Shown: positions 1 to 13,856 of the stretch, one piece after another
Position numbering within the stretch: position 1 is the stretch's first letter
Layout of the letters: each line of letters opens with the position of its first letter
From: Octopus vulgaris
Taxonomy: Eukaryota
Length of the DNA: 64,000 nucleotides
Assembly (NCBI GenBank): GCA_951406725.2
Contig: OX597814.1
Coordinates: 81,592,001 to 81,656,000 of the forward strand
Direction: 5' to 3'
The notes under the pieces: generated by a model
What the model was told of the DNA's origin: nothing
The model's input: only the letters and a program-made list of their open reading frames with translations
The model's database searches: none
Program-made: the position numbers and the translations under genes

Positions 1-2119
1 ACTTGAAAAGATAACAGTTATAAGCAGTACATCATGTTCAACATGAACTATGCTAGATCAACACTGCCACAAACCCCAAATTATAAACTTAGCAAAGCAA
101 TACCCTTCCATGGCAGCACACATTTACCATTTTCACAATGAAATTTATTCTTTAAAAAGAAGAACACTTCAACAGCATGTCATGCAGTTTTAAGAAGCAC
201 AAAATGACCAACCACTTTCAAATATGAAAACATTATTAACACTTCAGCACAGAAACTAAATCTGGTTCTTGTCCAAACCAACAGTTGAAATTGGAATAAT
301 ACAATGTAAAAACCATTTACACGCCCATCAAATCCGAAAGTAGTAATACTTCTTACAAATCCTCTTTCTTATTTTTAATACATACTTAAAACAGGTTTGC
401 TGTTCAACTGTAAGTCGAAATCTTTGACCGTGAGTATACTTAAGTGCTCCGTCGAATTTATAACGGTTGGCAAACTGTTTTTGAACCTCCTGTGGGGACA
501 CATGTTGCTGTGGCTATTTTGTGATTACATTTGTTTGCTTGCGGTGGACAGGAGTGGTCTTCGCACTGTGATCAAGTATTAGGTTTTGCTGAGTAGACAG
601 ACAGTGGTTATGATATTGGCCGAGAATAGTCAGGTGGAGTCTCCGGTTTCTAGAGCACTTGTAATTCCTATTCGTGAAATGAACGTGTAAGTGGCTGGGT
701 ATTCCACAGACACATGTACCCATAACACAATTCTCAGGCCAAATGAGTATATAACACAATATAACAAGGTTTAACTTCTTTCCAGAGAAAAGAAACCGAA
801 CTAGAAGGGGCGAAAGATAAAGTTAACTTCGACAGGATTTGAACTCGGACTGCAGCGAGTTGGAACGAATACAGCAGGTCGTTCTGACACTAACTACTGT
901 CAATTCGCAGCCTTAGTATGTATTTTGGATTCATGACAATGAAAACGGTCAAAACGGATCTACAGTGTGGCGTACTAGATGCACCGTTCGTTTATTTCTT
1001 TTAATGTAAAGTGCTAATACGTGATTCATTTCTCTAATTGCTCATTTGAAATTTCGGTAGTTTAAACACTGGGACAGAAAAGTGAATGTTGGACTATACA
1101 GAAAATATGCTGTACCACAGTAACTAGTTCACTGTCATTAATTGAGCAATTAGCAACTCAATAGATTTGTACAAATAGTATGATAACGGCAAACAGATTT
1201 AACATACCAGTAATAGACACAGAAATGAATTTATATACCTACTCCCCAGAAAGTTACCACAATTTCGTACTAGACACAAAACACAAGAACTACAAGAGAG
1301 GAAGAGATTGAGACGGAATGTTGCCACGCTCTAGACAGACATTAGTAGCCTGTCCCAACTAAGAGTGCGCGAGTGTGATAAAGCCTAAAATTAAAACTGC
1401 TAATAGTAAATTACTATAGGTTTACAATTAGTGTGTAACAGGACAGAAGTCGAAGCGTGCGTAATAGAAATGATGCTGAGTTCAGAGAGAGAGAAAGTAT
1501 TAAAAGATAGGCTTTGAAAGTTTACAACAAATACGTATTTTAATACGGATAAGAACTAAATACAACATCCTTTTCGAAGTAATTCAAGTGGAAAAATCCA
1601 ATCTTTGCAGAAGTATGGACGTTTGTTTTAAATCAATAATAAATTTTTATCGAATCAGAATAGATGAATGAAAAAAAAAATACTGCATATATGTTATATA
1701 AAATAACCATTAAGACGACGGATCACAAATCTTTGCGGCAAACAAGTATTCCATGTGACTGGTAGAATAAATGAAATAGCGGGAAACATTAACCGAATAA
1801 GGAAATTTGCAACAGCTGACAAAAAACATAAACAAAAAAACGAGTGACAAAAATGTGTGGGAGGGTTTTTCAATAAATTCCTTTTTTATCGTCCTTAAAC
1901 AATAAGCTAACTTTGTCGGGAAAACAAGTTAAGTTAGTTAACTGAATCAGTTCGGTATTTTCGTTTTTCCGACACTGCTCCTTGGATGGATGGAAAGTTA
2001 GTACTCAAAACACAGCTCTCATAATTTGGATTTTAAAAAAGGGGTTTCGGGGGGTAAAAAAGGAAGTCCTGCCACCAGATTTTCCAAGGATGATATGAAC
2101 AGATTTAATATGGAAAAAA

Positions 2120-2184
2120 TTCTGAATAAGGAGTGTCACTGATACAACTGATACTTTTGTATCAGTAACACTCCTTATTCAGAA
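2120..2184. repeat. 28-bp-stem hairpin
   Basis: TTCTGAATAAGGAGTGTCACTGATACAA / TTGTATCAGTAACACTCCTTATTCAGAA, one mismatch, 9-nt loop. Confidence 0.9.
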
Positions 2185-3740
2185 CTATATACAAGTATCA
2201 ATGAATCAAAACGCAACTTTTTTTCTTTTTGATTTTTTCAATTGTGTTCTGTTTTGTCCAATTTTCTAATTTAATTTTGTAAAACGGTAAACACTGTGAA
2301 GGCAACTAATAATGTTAACGTTAAGTTCGACAAAAAAAATAGAGAAAAGGACAAATTACTATCATGCAAATAAAACGATCTGCATTTATGAGGGCACATT
2401 TTTGGCGACGCTAAAATAGAATCAGAATTTTAAAGAAAATATTCCAAACAAGTCATTTCCTCGTCTGATTTTTATCATACTGTATATATACGAAGTAATA
2501 TAACATTCTACGTACATTAATTCTATTATTTATATTAGTATTAACTGTTCAAGCACGCGAATAACTGAATTCATACCCCCAGCCCTCAAAAAATATAAGA
2601 CATGCCTTAGCTACTGATAGTTAAATATTGTTTTAATGACAGTAAACGAAATATAAAGTGACATAATTATGTATTATCATTTCTGTCTGATTCAATGTCT
2701 GCTGAAACCAATACTTATGACTAAGAACTCCACCTCTCTCTTCTCTAAATCTGACCGCGTAGCTGAATGTTGTCGCAGTTTTATGATAAAGCAATTATTA
2801 CATTAGCTGCAATATATACGTGCACATATTTAACTAATATATTAAGTTTGTGTCAGTATAAATTCTCCTGACAGCCAGCCTTTATAACTCCATATGGAAG
2901 CGGTGCTAAAGTAGAACATGAAAATCCACATGGCACGTGTTAAGCGGTACAAATGAACATAAAAGAGAGAAAAATCGTATGGTTTTCCAGGAATGACAGT
3001 TTCATTTCTTTGATACGTCATTTAATAATTATCACACTGTTAAATACTCCCATTTTCTATATGGTAAGATGTCAAAGTGAAACCTTGCAAATTCGTGCTT
3101 GTGTAAAAAGAATGTAAAGTTATAAGAAAGACATCACGCCCTATGCTTTTGCTTGCTTGCGATTTCCACGAAACAAGTTAGTCTGAGCATAAAATATCGA
3201 AAGAAAAAAAAAGATAGCTATAGACAATATTATAGAACTATTACAATTTTAATATATCGTTGAACAAATATTAGAAACGTTGGTTTTATGGTAAAAACCT
3301 GTTCAATTCAAAATGTGAGAAAGAAATATTACATAGTCACATCCTAACGTTTACATAAGTGAGGAGAGGAATTTTTCTAGGAGAACGTAGCATTGAGATC
3401 TTATCGATTCTACAAAATTTATTACTCAAGCGCTGCATATCTCAGTAATTATTTTTTTTAATATTCTCATTAATGTCCTAATTATTTATCATAATTAACG
3501 ATATCAGACGAAGCAAAAGCTAGACTTGTCAAACCATATTTTAGACAGAAAACCGGATACATTAAAACTTCTGTCTGTAGAAAAAATATTTTCAATCATT
3601 TTCATAAATGACAATCTGAAAGAATTATTCTTCATTAACGAACGAGCGGCTTACATGTTATGCATGTGAGTGTGTAACATATTTCAGCGCACATGCCAGA
3701 ACATCAAGTTATATACAAGTAAAACAATGAATTAACATAC

Positions 3741-3774
3741 CTAAAGTGTTCTCCTCCTTGTATTTAAATTTCAT
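3741..3774 (-). CDS. GABARAPL2: ATG8-family (GABARAPL2/GATE-16-like) coding exon 1; rest of gene beyond left window edge
   Basis: Reverse complement ATGAAATTTAAATACAAGGAGGAGAACACTTTAG|gtatgt = MKFKYKEENTL(E/D), the ATG8 N-terminus. A 34-nt phase-1 first exon matches vertebrate GABARAPL2 as I recall it. No exon 2 (…KIRxKYPDRxP) found in 1-3740. Confidence 0.8.
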
Positions 3775-3849
3775 GTCGATAAAATTTAAGTTGTAACTTG
3801 ATTGCTTCTCACTTAGCTTTAGTTATTCTTTTTAACTCCGTTCGGATTG

Positions 3850-3970
3850 AGTAACGTGATCTACGAAGATTTGTAAGACAACTAAACAGAAACACCGTAC
3901 GTAGTGTGACAACTCATGAGGAACAAGATTGGTTAAACGTATTGATTTATCTACACCAATGTTTACTTCC
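3850..3970 (-). promoter_or_regulatory. Putative GABARAPL2 promoter/5' region
   Basis: Locally CpG-richer stretch just upstream of the ATG with CCAAT boxes (ATTGG 3928-3932, CCAAT 3956-3960), TGTTTAC (3960-3966) and ACTTCC (3965-3970). Confidence 0.45.
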
Positions 3971-6900
3971 TATGTGATGGTCATGAACGCCTAGTGTTTT
4001 CATTTAAATGTCATTGACATCCGATTTTCTGATTGTCACCACTTTATTTCTTTCTGTCTCCAAATGTGTGTGTGTGTACGTACGTGTGTATATATATATA
4101 ATGTGCATGTCACACTCTCATTCTATAGACCCCTCACACTTATTTTCTCCTACTACTACACTATCCCTCACGCTATAGTTTGATGTTTTATATATATAAA
4201 TATATATATTGTCGCTCTTCCTTCCCCTTCTCGTTCATTTATTACTCTTTCTCCATTTATTAACCCAATCACGTTATATTTTACTCTCTTCTTACTTCAC
4301 ACGCTTTATTCTTTTCTCTTAGTCCTATTTTATTTCTTCGACTTATATCTATTACTCTTTTTCTCTCTTAACGCTTCAAACAAGCATCTCTCTATCTCCC
4401 TATATCTATGTGTGTATGCGTGTGTCTTTCCCTCTCTATACATTTTTACACTCTCTTTTCTCTATACAGTCTTAGCTTAATTACGCCTCTCCGTTCCTTT
4501 ATCCCACCTCTTCTCATTATTCCTCCTTTTCCTCCTCCCAGCTCTTATATTCTATCCTCTCTCTATCTTCTCTTTTGGTAAGTCTTTGCTTTCTCTTTCA
4601 CTCCACCCACTAATACGTCACTTATCACTCATATTGTTCTCTTTACGTTGTCCCGCCAAAATTCTGACTCAGCTCACGTTATCTCTTTATTAAAAAACAC
4701 CTGGTGATTTAGTTTTATAAGTATGTGCGCAATAAATTCTTGGTGTAAATAGTGCTATAAAATACTTTCATATAGTGTTATATGTAGTTTTTTAAAGATA
4801 TGCTGCAGAAAGAAAGAAATTCGTTATATGGATCTGAAAGCTGGACACTTTCGAAGAGCAATAGAATGCAGGCTCAATGGAATATACAAGACAAGGAAGG
4901 TAAAGAACGTTTCTTGGGAGCAATATTTACTGAACAGCATATATGAAAATACACCATTCGTAAGAGAAACGGTCAAACAACGCGGGCTTCACTTCGTGAA
5001 CCACTGTTAGCTAAGACAGATGAAAATGAACATCAAACTTACTATGAGAACCAATACATAGTAAAAGAAGAAAGGCAGACCTTGTCGAACATTTGTGCAA
5101 CAGTTGCTGGAGGACACAAACCTTAAAAAATCACTGGAGATGTTCATGGAAGCGTGGAAATGAGTAGTCAGTGGGGGTCTGAGTGCGTTCGACACGTTGT
5201 TATACCGGTATTTTCTTTCGTAAAAAATTTCGACAAGAATGTAGTTATAGAGAAACTCCTCTACGCGAGCACACAACTTACTAGAAATGACAGCTAAATC
5301 TGCCTCATGTCAAACATCTTTAAAAGGGAAGGGCATGCTAGATACGCTATGTCAGCGAAAAAAGTTATGATGTTCACGACTAAAATATTTTTGATCATAG
5401 GTCTGCCTATCAGAGCTGATCTTGGGCTAAATAACAACATTAAACGTCACTAATAAACTTATAAACAATAGAATCTGGGAAAACTACTGATGGTCCGTGT
5501 TGGTAATTAGTAATGCAAATCATTCATGAAGTTCATAAATATTTTGCCTTGGTAAAAAAGAGAAGTCTTCAGTTAAGGAGAGAACCTTTCTTCAGAGGCC
5601 TTCTTTTGAAGTCATAGTCTTATAAGTTTATATTTTATTACATTTATGCTCTTCTAAGTCTGACTCATGAGTAAATGTTATAAACTGTAACGGATAAAAA
5701 CACCTTTTTCTTCAACTTATGTTAATGACTTCGGAAAAACGTCAATCTCTTTCCAACAACGAGTTCTCGTAACTCTAGACGTCTCTTTAGGCGTAGGCGT
5801 GGTTGTGCTAAAGAATACGGTTTTCGGCGTAACAAAAACCCTAAAACTAATCCTAACCACCGGGTGAACGTATTCTTTACATTCGCCAAGAAGCTTGCTT
5901 CCCAACCACGTGGTCTATAGTTCGGTTTCACTGAGTGGCAACTCAAGCAAAGTGTGTTCTCCTGTAGCCTAGGACTGACCAAATCCTTGTGACTGGTTTT
6001 GGTTGACGGACAGCATATAACTCTTTTCAGGGCCTTTGAGGCTAGTGGGAGGAGTGATACAAGCTAGTCCTCAGAGCAGAAGCCTGGCTCAAATCAAGAA
6101 CAATCAGCTGTGAGCAAAGTGTCTACAGGTTCTCCAAAACCAGTGATAGTTGACAGCTACAGGAGGGAATTCAAGAAGTTGTAAGTGTGAGGTTGTGGTA
6201 GAAAAGGTAAACAATATATATATAATGGAGGGAGAAAAGATGAATGAGTAAGGGGAATCTGAGTAGAGGTGGCATAAGACCAACCAACTCACCAAAATAG
6301 AGGTCACTAGTAGAGATAGAAGAAGTAGCGTGATGTGACAGCATATTTGTGGGGCAGAAATTAAAGTGCTAGTAAACAACTTCATAGCAATCAGTGTTGT
6401 GATCTAGGATATTTGTATGTATATTAGTTACACTGTCATTTATATGAAACCCATACTCTATTGTGTGTTTCGTTTGAATTGCTACTTTAGAATAGAAAAG
6501 TTCATGACTGAAGGCAGCAACTTCACTTCAAAAATTTATGAGTGTTTCAAGTTGAAGAAGCAGATGTGCATGAATAACATCAGCTATTGTGTATTGGTAT
6601 AGATATGGAATGACTTAAAAAGTGCTATGTGCTTATAGGAGAAGTTACTCATAGAAGAAAACACTGAAAAATGTAAAGTTCCTACAGCTTTGCCTTTGAC
6701 CCACACTAATCTGTTTATGCAACTGTACCTTTATCTGTGATTTTTTTTGGTATAGTTTTTATCCACCAGCTTTCCTACCTCTATCTGCCCAATATTTTTT
6801 TTTGTCATCATAGTTGTGTCTCTTTATTTTGTTAGTTGATGTTTTAAACTTATCTATCTTCCTATCTAACTTTCTTACCCTTCTCCTTCTTCCCCTTGCC

Positions 6901-7253
6901 TCATTGTTTATATATTTCACTACATATTGGCAAAAACCAGTGTTCTTTGAATGAAGGCCACCAAGTCACAAATGTTCTTTTGTCATTCTACTCTTGCTAT
7001 CAGAAATACAGTGAACCAATGATTGGGCCATTGGAAACCAATAACCAATGATGCTATTGCTCCCTCATTGAGATGTGAAAAACCGTGAGTAAATGATAGA
7101 ATATCTAATACAACTTAAAAGTGTACTTATACACTCTTGCCTTTAACAGGGAGTGGTTAAAAATGTTTAATTTAATGACACTACCTCCATAAGCTCATGA
7201 AAAGTAAGCTAAAAATGTGATCTTATTTACTTCCTTAACTGTAAATTACTTCA

Positions 7254-7461
7254 CCCTTTAGCATTCACATTATTCTATCAAAAGTAATGCTTATTTATTC
7301 AGATTGTTTTGTAGTAGTTTGTAGCTTTGAGATTTTAATGAGGTAACTTTTAATTTTTAGAGTGATATGGTAAGGTTGGTGTAAGAGACCTGATCTGGCC
7401 ATTTTGAACATATAACAGGTACTATATTTGGCCAGATATGGCTAGTTTAAATGCTAAAGTG
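7254..7461 (+). mobile_element. piggyBac-type MITE
   Basis: CCCTTTAGCATT…AATGCTAAAGTG|TTAA; internal sequence homologous to 32606-32826. Confidence 0.75.
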
Positions 7462-8179
7462 TTAAGCAAAGTCCCCATGTCAGTTAAAACCTTTTCAACC
7501 TTGAACACTTTCAAGCCAATGATTCATAGAAGTTTCACTGTGAATCAACAGATTTACTGCAAATCTATTCCAAGTAAATGGACTGTATTTTATTTGTGTC
7601 AAAAATGATAAAAGTTTCTAAATGATTAATCTGAAGATATAGATGTGTTATTGACACTAAACTCATTTAGATGTCATTACTAGTTTCATTGAAAAAAAAA
7701 ATGAACTGACGTTAGATCAATAATACCTAGTAAGTTTAATATTTGGAGGTTTTACACAATAACAGTACCAAAAATAATAATAACATGTGCGTGTGTGTGT
7801 ACGCACGTAAAAAGCTACAAGTGCCATCACAAATAAAATAAAGTATTCAATAAACGTAGTTGGGTGGAATATTTAATGTGATGATGTAGTTGTAGTTAAT
7901 CTACTTATCCAATGTCTTGTAGTTTCATATCTGTTGTAAATTACTTTGCATATATCCATCATCAGTTGGATTTCATAACTTAGAATGTCCATGAAGTATG
8001 AAATAAATTTTTGCAATTTCATCTTCCATTTACACATTAACTTGTAGTCTTTAGTGCACAGTGCCTAGGGAAAAGACAGAGTAGTCAAAGCTGTAATGCA
8101 TTTCCTCATAGGTTTTCTCAATCATAGTTGACCTAGGATTAAATAATAACTATTCTTCTTATTATTATTATTATGGCCA

Positions 8180-8414
8180 GGCAGCAACAAAGTCTACCCA
8201 CCACACTTCTTGGTCCACCATCACTGCTTCCAGGTTCTAGATACATTCCAGGCCAGTGTCTGCAATCAAGTTATTGACGTGTGATGACGTTTGCCTTTTC
8301 TTACATCACCATGAAGTGAGTTCCACAAGACTAATTTGGATACTTCTAGTCCACAGTGGTGCACGCAGTGACCAGATTGTTGCAGCTGTCATTGCCTGAT
8401 CTTCTCACTAACTA
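8180..8414 (-). mobile_element. RTE-type LINE 3' remnant
   Basis: Minus-strand VSEKIRQ*QLQQSGHCVHH…VSKLVLWNSLHG…VNNLIADTGL…LEAVMVD resembles RTE ORF2 C-termini. Confidence 0.65.
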
Positions 8415-8655
8415 GTCTTATTTCTTTACTACCCACAAGGGGCTAAACACAGAGGGGACAAACAAGGACAGACAAAGGGATTTAAGTCGCTTACATCGAT
8501 CCCAGTGCGTAATTGGTACTTAATTTATCGACCCTGAAAGGATGAAAGGTAAAGTCGACCTCGGTGGAATTTGAACTCAGAATGTAACGACAGACAAAAT
8601 ACTGCTAAGCATTTCACCTGGCGTGCTAACATTTCTGCCAGCTCGCCACCGTAAA
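8415..8655 (-). mobile_element. tRNA-derived SINE (family A) with 11-bp TSD
   Basis: GGCGAGCTGGCAGAA head and GAGTTCAAATTCC B-box on the minus strand; CTCACTAACTA direct repeat at 8404-8414 and 8656-8666. Confidence 0.85.
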
Positions 8656-9297
8656 CTCACTAACTATTCTTATTATCTACAATTTTTGTTCATTGAAGAA
8701 CACCACCCATAAAAAGTCTCACCTTCTTTCTTGCATGAATACCTCAATATTGGTGAGGTCAACTTGTGTATTGGCTCAAAATTAGTGAGGTCAATAAGGT
8801 GGCACACTGGTAGAATTGTTAGCATGCTGGACAAGATGCTTAGTGGTATTTCATCTGTATATTCTGAGTTGAAATTCCATCAAGGTTGACTTTCATTTCA
8901 TCTTTTCGGGGTTGATAAAATAAGTACTAATTGAGTACTGGGATTGGTGTAATTGAGTCAATCACCTCCTCCAAACTTGCTGGCCTTGTTCCAAAATTGA
9001 AAACCAATATTAATGCTGTCTACATCTCATATACACTGTATGGTTCTATTAGAGTGAGCTACAATGAAAAATGAGTTAAAATTACCTACAGATCCTTGAT
9101 ATGCAAGAATGTTGTTGTGAGAGTCGGTTAGGTATGTATACATGGGGGAGGAATCAAAGTGCTTGATCCCCCTGCTCCCTTCTCTTTTATGTAACAGATG
9201 CCCTTTTTGTGAAAATTCAAATGCATGAAAAGATAGAATACATTATTATGATTTGTTTCCTTACCTTCTGGCTCCACTTCTCCTAAGTCAATATATA

Positions 9298-9695
9298 GGC
9301 ACAGTGTGACTGTGTGATAAAGATGTTTGCTTCCCAACCACATGGTTCTGGGTTCAGTCCCACTGCACAGCACCTTGGGCAAGTGTCTTCTACTGTGTCC
9401 TTGGGCCAACCAAAGCCTTTGAGTGGGTTTGGTAGACAGAAACTCAAACAAGCCCTATCATGTGTTTGTGTGTGTGTGTGTGTGTATGTGTGTTTCCCCA
9501 CCATCACTTGACAACTGATGTTGCTGTATTTACATCCCTGTAACTTAGCAGCTCAGCAAAAGAGACTGATAGAATAAGTACCTGACTTTAAAAAAAATAA
9601 GTACTAGGGTTGATTCTTTTGATTAAAATTCTTCAAGGTAGTGCCCCAGCATGGCCACAGTTTAATGACTGAAACAAGTAAAAGATAAAAGATAT
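9298..9695 (+). mobile_element. tRNA-derived SINE (family B), full length
   Basis: GCTTCCCAACCACATGGTTC.GGGTTCAGTCCCACTG head, internal (GT)n, GACTGAAACAAGTAAAAGA tail. Other copies at 5790-6010, 25430-25710(-), 44660-45072(-), 49710-49960(-), 55150-55295, 57160-57360(-), 57650-58050(-) and 58250-58395(-). Confidence 0.85.
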
Positions 9696-10299
9696 AAAAG
9701 TAAACACTAAAAGAATTATGATATAACATGGATTTTTTATATTTTTTGTTTTTAATTTTTAAAAGTTATACAATTTTCATTAAAAGTGAACAAACAACTC
9801 TTGAATATCTATGATAAAATTATGTACTTTTTCCACATAAATAACAATTACATTAGATCTTTCTGATCCTCACCTCTCACTCTCTCAACATGTTTGACTT
9901 TATGTCTGTTACAAATTACCAACTAGGAATAAGAAAGATTTGACTTCTGAGTCTCTTGTCATTAACAAAGAAAGCCAGTTTCTGAAATACACGTAACAAG
10001 CCTATTTGAATAGATTTATTTTTCCCGTTAAAAGCACCCAACACACACTGTAAAGTTGTTGGCATTAGGAAGGGCATCCAACTGTAGGAACGATGCCAAA
10101 TCAGACTGGAACCTGGTGCAGTTTCCCGGTTTGCCAGCTCTAGTCAAACCATCTAACCTATGCTGACATGGAAAACAGATGTTGAAGAAGAAGAAGAAGA
10201 AGAAGAAGAAGAATTGTCTTGGTAATAAATAAAATATAGCTTTTCCAACACTACCAATACTTCAAAATGCATTTAATCCACTGAGAACAGACTGAGTAT

Positions 10300-11280
10300 C
10301 TGATATATTGAAGATAAACAAACTGTATTATAAATAGTGTTGGGAAAATATATCAATGTTTAGGAAATTGAGAAAAAATTCATTTTCTGAAGGTAATCGG
10401 AATAATAAGATGGAGTAATTTTAAGAAGACCTTGAGAAAAAGCTTTGAAGTACCAAATAAAGCAAAAAAGTCAGAGAAATAAAGAAATATTATTCACACT
10501 AGTTGACAATTTTATATTTAGCTCAACAAGGACTACCATTATGAGCTATGGTTAAAAGACAAACAATTATAAATAGAAGTGAGCACCTTGAACAAGTCCA
10601 ATTGTTGGCTAGATATGACAATTGCTGTATGTATTGTGTATTGCATATAAAGAGAAATCACAGGTGATAACGTTCTCAAACTGTATTTAGAATAATATAA
10701 TCAAGTCTTTATATGTATATAAGAAAATCAATATTAAATAAGGTAGCAACAGTATATTCTTTTCTTATGACTGAAGCTACAGATGTCTCCCACACTGAAC
10801 AGGTTGCTATGTGCCTATGTCATGTGTCTGATTATAAAATCAAAGTGCATTCATAGAAATGTGTGAGATAATATCTCCAACAAGGGAAGAGCTGCAATGA
10901 ATGGTCCCATCTTTAGTTCAAAAAGAAATGGCATACAGATAGAAAACATGACAAGTCAGGACTATAATGGAATTGCTAACATGAGTGCATTGTACAAAGG
11001 GCTTCAGTGAAGTTTTCTTTTTTTCTTTTTCGTACAAAGAAAAGGCTCTGTATGTTCACTCCCATGCACACTGCTAGAATGTTATGCTTATAGAGAATAC
11101 AAAATCAAGCAGCTCTATTGCCTCATTCTTAAATATAGAAGAAAAGTTATACAGTTATTCCAATGTCAAGTAAGCAGTATTTTTATTTATACAGATTCAG
11201 CACTATCTACCCTCTGTCCCATGTTCAAGAAGTGGAACTGGAAAAGTTTCCTGATGCAAAACGGACCTTAAAGAAGATGC
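10300..11280 (+). mobile_element. Decayed hAT transposase (ZMYM1-like)
   Basis: Cross-frame motifs YSFLM(D)EATDVSHTEQVAMCL, ENMTSQDYNGIANMSA..KGLQ, KALYVHSHAH..N, ASFLNIEEKLY. Confidence 0.75.
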
Positions 11281-11379
11281 TTACAATGATGAATAGGAGG
11301 GAGCTGATGACCAAGCCTTGGTGAACATCTAGCTGTACACTAACTTCATCACTGTACTCATGGTTAACTCTTACCTTAC

Positions 11380-12420
11380 TAACAGCATCCCTGTATATGA
11401 CCTGTGCTGCTTTCAGAAGTCATTCGTCTATCCCCAAGCTTCCTCAGAAGAGACCACCACATAAGGTCAGGTTTCATCCAGATCAACAAATACCATAGAT
11501 TTGATCCATCACCCTCTGTAGATGATCCAGTAAGAACTTCCAGTTGTTTTCTATGCCATATGTCACTGTCTCTTTCTCCTTCTCTTCAATGGTTTAGTTA
11601 AGAACATCTTTAACTTTCTGCCCATTTGAAGAATCTTTGAACTTCCATAACCTCCTTTTCCATATCGGTTTGTGTTTCTGGATCCTTCTAACCACTAACC
11701 TATGTTGAATTGTACATTTTTCACCTGGAGAGGACTTTGCATTCATGAGCATCCACCTGTCCTTGTTTATGGTGGAAATGAAGTCAATCTGGCAAGTGAG
11801 CCCACCAGATTGATAAGTGATCAAATAGATGGCAGGTTTCCTGCAGTTGGTATTGCAAATCAGTAAGTCATTTATATCACAAAACTCCAGCATGCCATGA
11901 AATCCATTCACGTACTCCCCAAGACCACTGAAGTCCCCTGCCATAATGAGAACATCATTGTCTTTCATCGATGACATAGTCCACAGAAGGGATTCATAGA
12001 AATGGTGCTTCTGAACATCTGCAAGTCTTACATGTGAAATATATGCAGGGATAAATGACACTGTTACATTAAACAAGACTATTTTTTGCTTAACAATTCT
12101 ATCACACACCCTGACTACCTCAGTCACCTTATCCATTTATTTCTCTGCAAGAAGAATACCTATACCACCTAATCCATCACTGCTGCTCACCCAGAAATAT
12201 TGGTATCTATGTTCCTTACTCACAAACAGTCTAGCTGAAGCTCCCCTCCTTTGTACCTCTTTCACACAGCTTCACACCTCTGCTCAAACATCTCAACAAT
12301 CTCACCAGACCCACCTTTCATTGTGCCAACATTGATTGTGGCAGCTCTGAGTTTGTGGACCTGGGAAGCCTGGAAGAGTAGTTGGGAGAGCAGGTATCAG
12401 ATCCTTGAGCTTTGTGGAAG
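11380..12420 (-). mobile_element. RTE-type LINE 5' part (APE endonuclease remnant)
   Basis: TINVGTMKG…GVGILLAEK.MDKVTEVVRV.DRI, IMAGDF, LLICNT, QIDFI, TIQHRLVV motifs. Confidence 0.85.
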
Positions 12421-12949
12421 TGCAAAATCTAAATATTTTCTGTAATTTATTTAGTTGGAATGAAATGGTTTTGATTATAAGTCTGCTAGGGTTGACTTCG
12501 TTTTCAACCCTTTGATATTGATTAAATAAGAATCAGTAATATACCAAGATTAATCGGCTACATATAGCAAGCTTAGCTACATGTCTAGTCAAAAGAATCA
12601 AGAAAGTGATGGACAATTGATGCAAAAGGTCTGATTTCAAGCAGAGTCATCAATGAACCGTGTAGCTTTGACTATTACTAAAATAATTATTATGTACAAA
12701 GTGCGTAGTAATGCACTTAATACATTATTCCTACTAAGTGTATAGTAATGAAATTACAGTATACTTAGTACATGTTATTAATAATTATATTGTGAAGAAT
12801 ATAATAAATTGAATATTGGGACCTGTGCATGTTGTAACTGAGCTAGATCTATCACTGGATATGTAAATTAAATGATTTTTGGTTGCGACAAAACAACTAG
12901 AATATGAGTTTAGTGGTGGTTTGTATTGGCAAAAATTGGCTTAATATAC

Positions 12950-13255
12950 TGGCACTCCATCAGTTACAATGATGAGGGTTACAGTTGATCTGATCAACAG
13001 AACAGCCTGCTTGTGAAATTAATATGCAAGTGGCTGAGCACTCCACAGACATGTGTACTCTTAATGTAGTTCCCAGAAAGATTCAGAGTGACACAGAGTG
13101 TGATAAGGCTGGCCCTTTGAAATACTGGTACTACTCATTTTTGCCAGCTGAGTGGACTGGAGCAATATGAAATAGAGTGTCATGCTCAAGGACAAATTGC
13201 ACTGCTGGGAATTGAACTCAGAAATACCCTAACCACTAAACCACATACCTTCACT
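12950..13255 (-). mobile_element. tRNA-derived SINE (family D)
   Basis: GCCAGCTGAGTGGACTGGAGCAA…GCTCAAGGACA…GGAATTGAACTC…CCCTAACCACTA; related copy at 43860-44095. Confidence 0.75.
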
Positions 13256-13856
13256 GGCTTAATGTGTTTTTTTTTAATGGAGAATGTTGAAGTGCCATGA
13301 GGAGAATTGAATTTTGATATTTTAAGTGAGGCCTTATAACTAGCATTGTGCATTTGTTTAACTTCATTTTATGGCTGGATCTCTTGTTTAGTGTCAAAAA
13401 CCCATGTAAATAGAATTAGAGGAGTACCTATTTTTCAAGTTAACTGATAGCTGAGTTTGAACACAGACCCTTTGCATCAGTTGCCTCACTCTTCAACCTT
13501 CCAGTGCTATATTGATTTCTTTATCAAGGCATGACTCTATAACTTTACCCTGGTGAGTCATATAGTCAACTGAACCAACCTTGTTATATTATTGATACTT
13601 GTTTCATCAACAGTTGAGAGAGAGATGTAAAACGACGTCAAGTCTAGCAGAATTCAAACTCAGATTATAAATGAATGATGCTAAACTCTATAGCTCATTG
13701 AACATCTCTCAATTGCTTAGTTGAACTTGATTGATGAAAGCTTCAGAAAACATGAAATTGTGATTGTTGAACTTCTTATCACATACTGCTGTTAACCTGT
13801 GAGGTCTTCTCAGAAAGATTAAGTACATTTAATAGATTATTATTATTATTATTATT

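Noticed and set aside
1-3740. GABARAPL2 exon 2
   Set aside because: No ESAKIR/KYPDR-type coding segment with splice sites was found; presumed to lie left of the window.
6020-6410. Possible LINE 3' tail or hydrophobic ORF 6104..6385
   Set aside because: Too degenerate to assign; the ORF is low-complexity with no recognisable domain.
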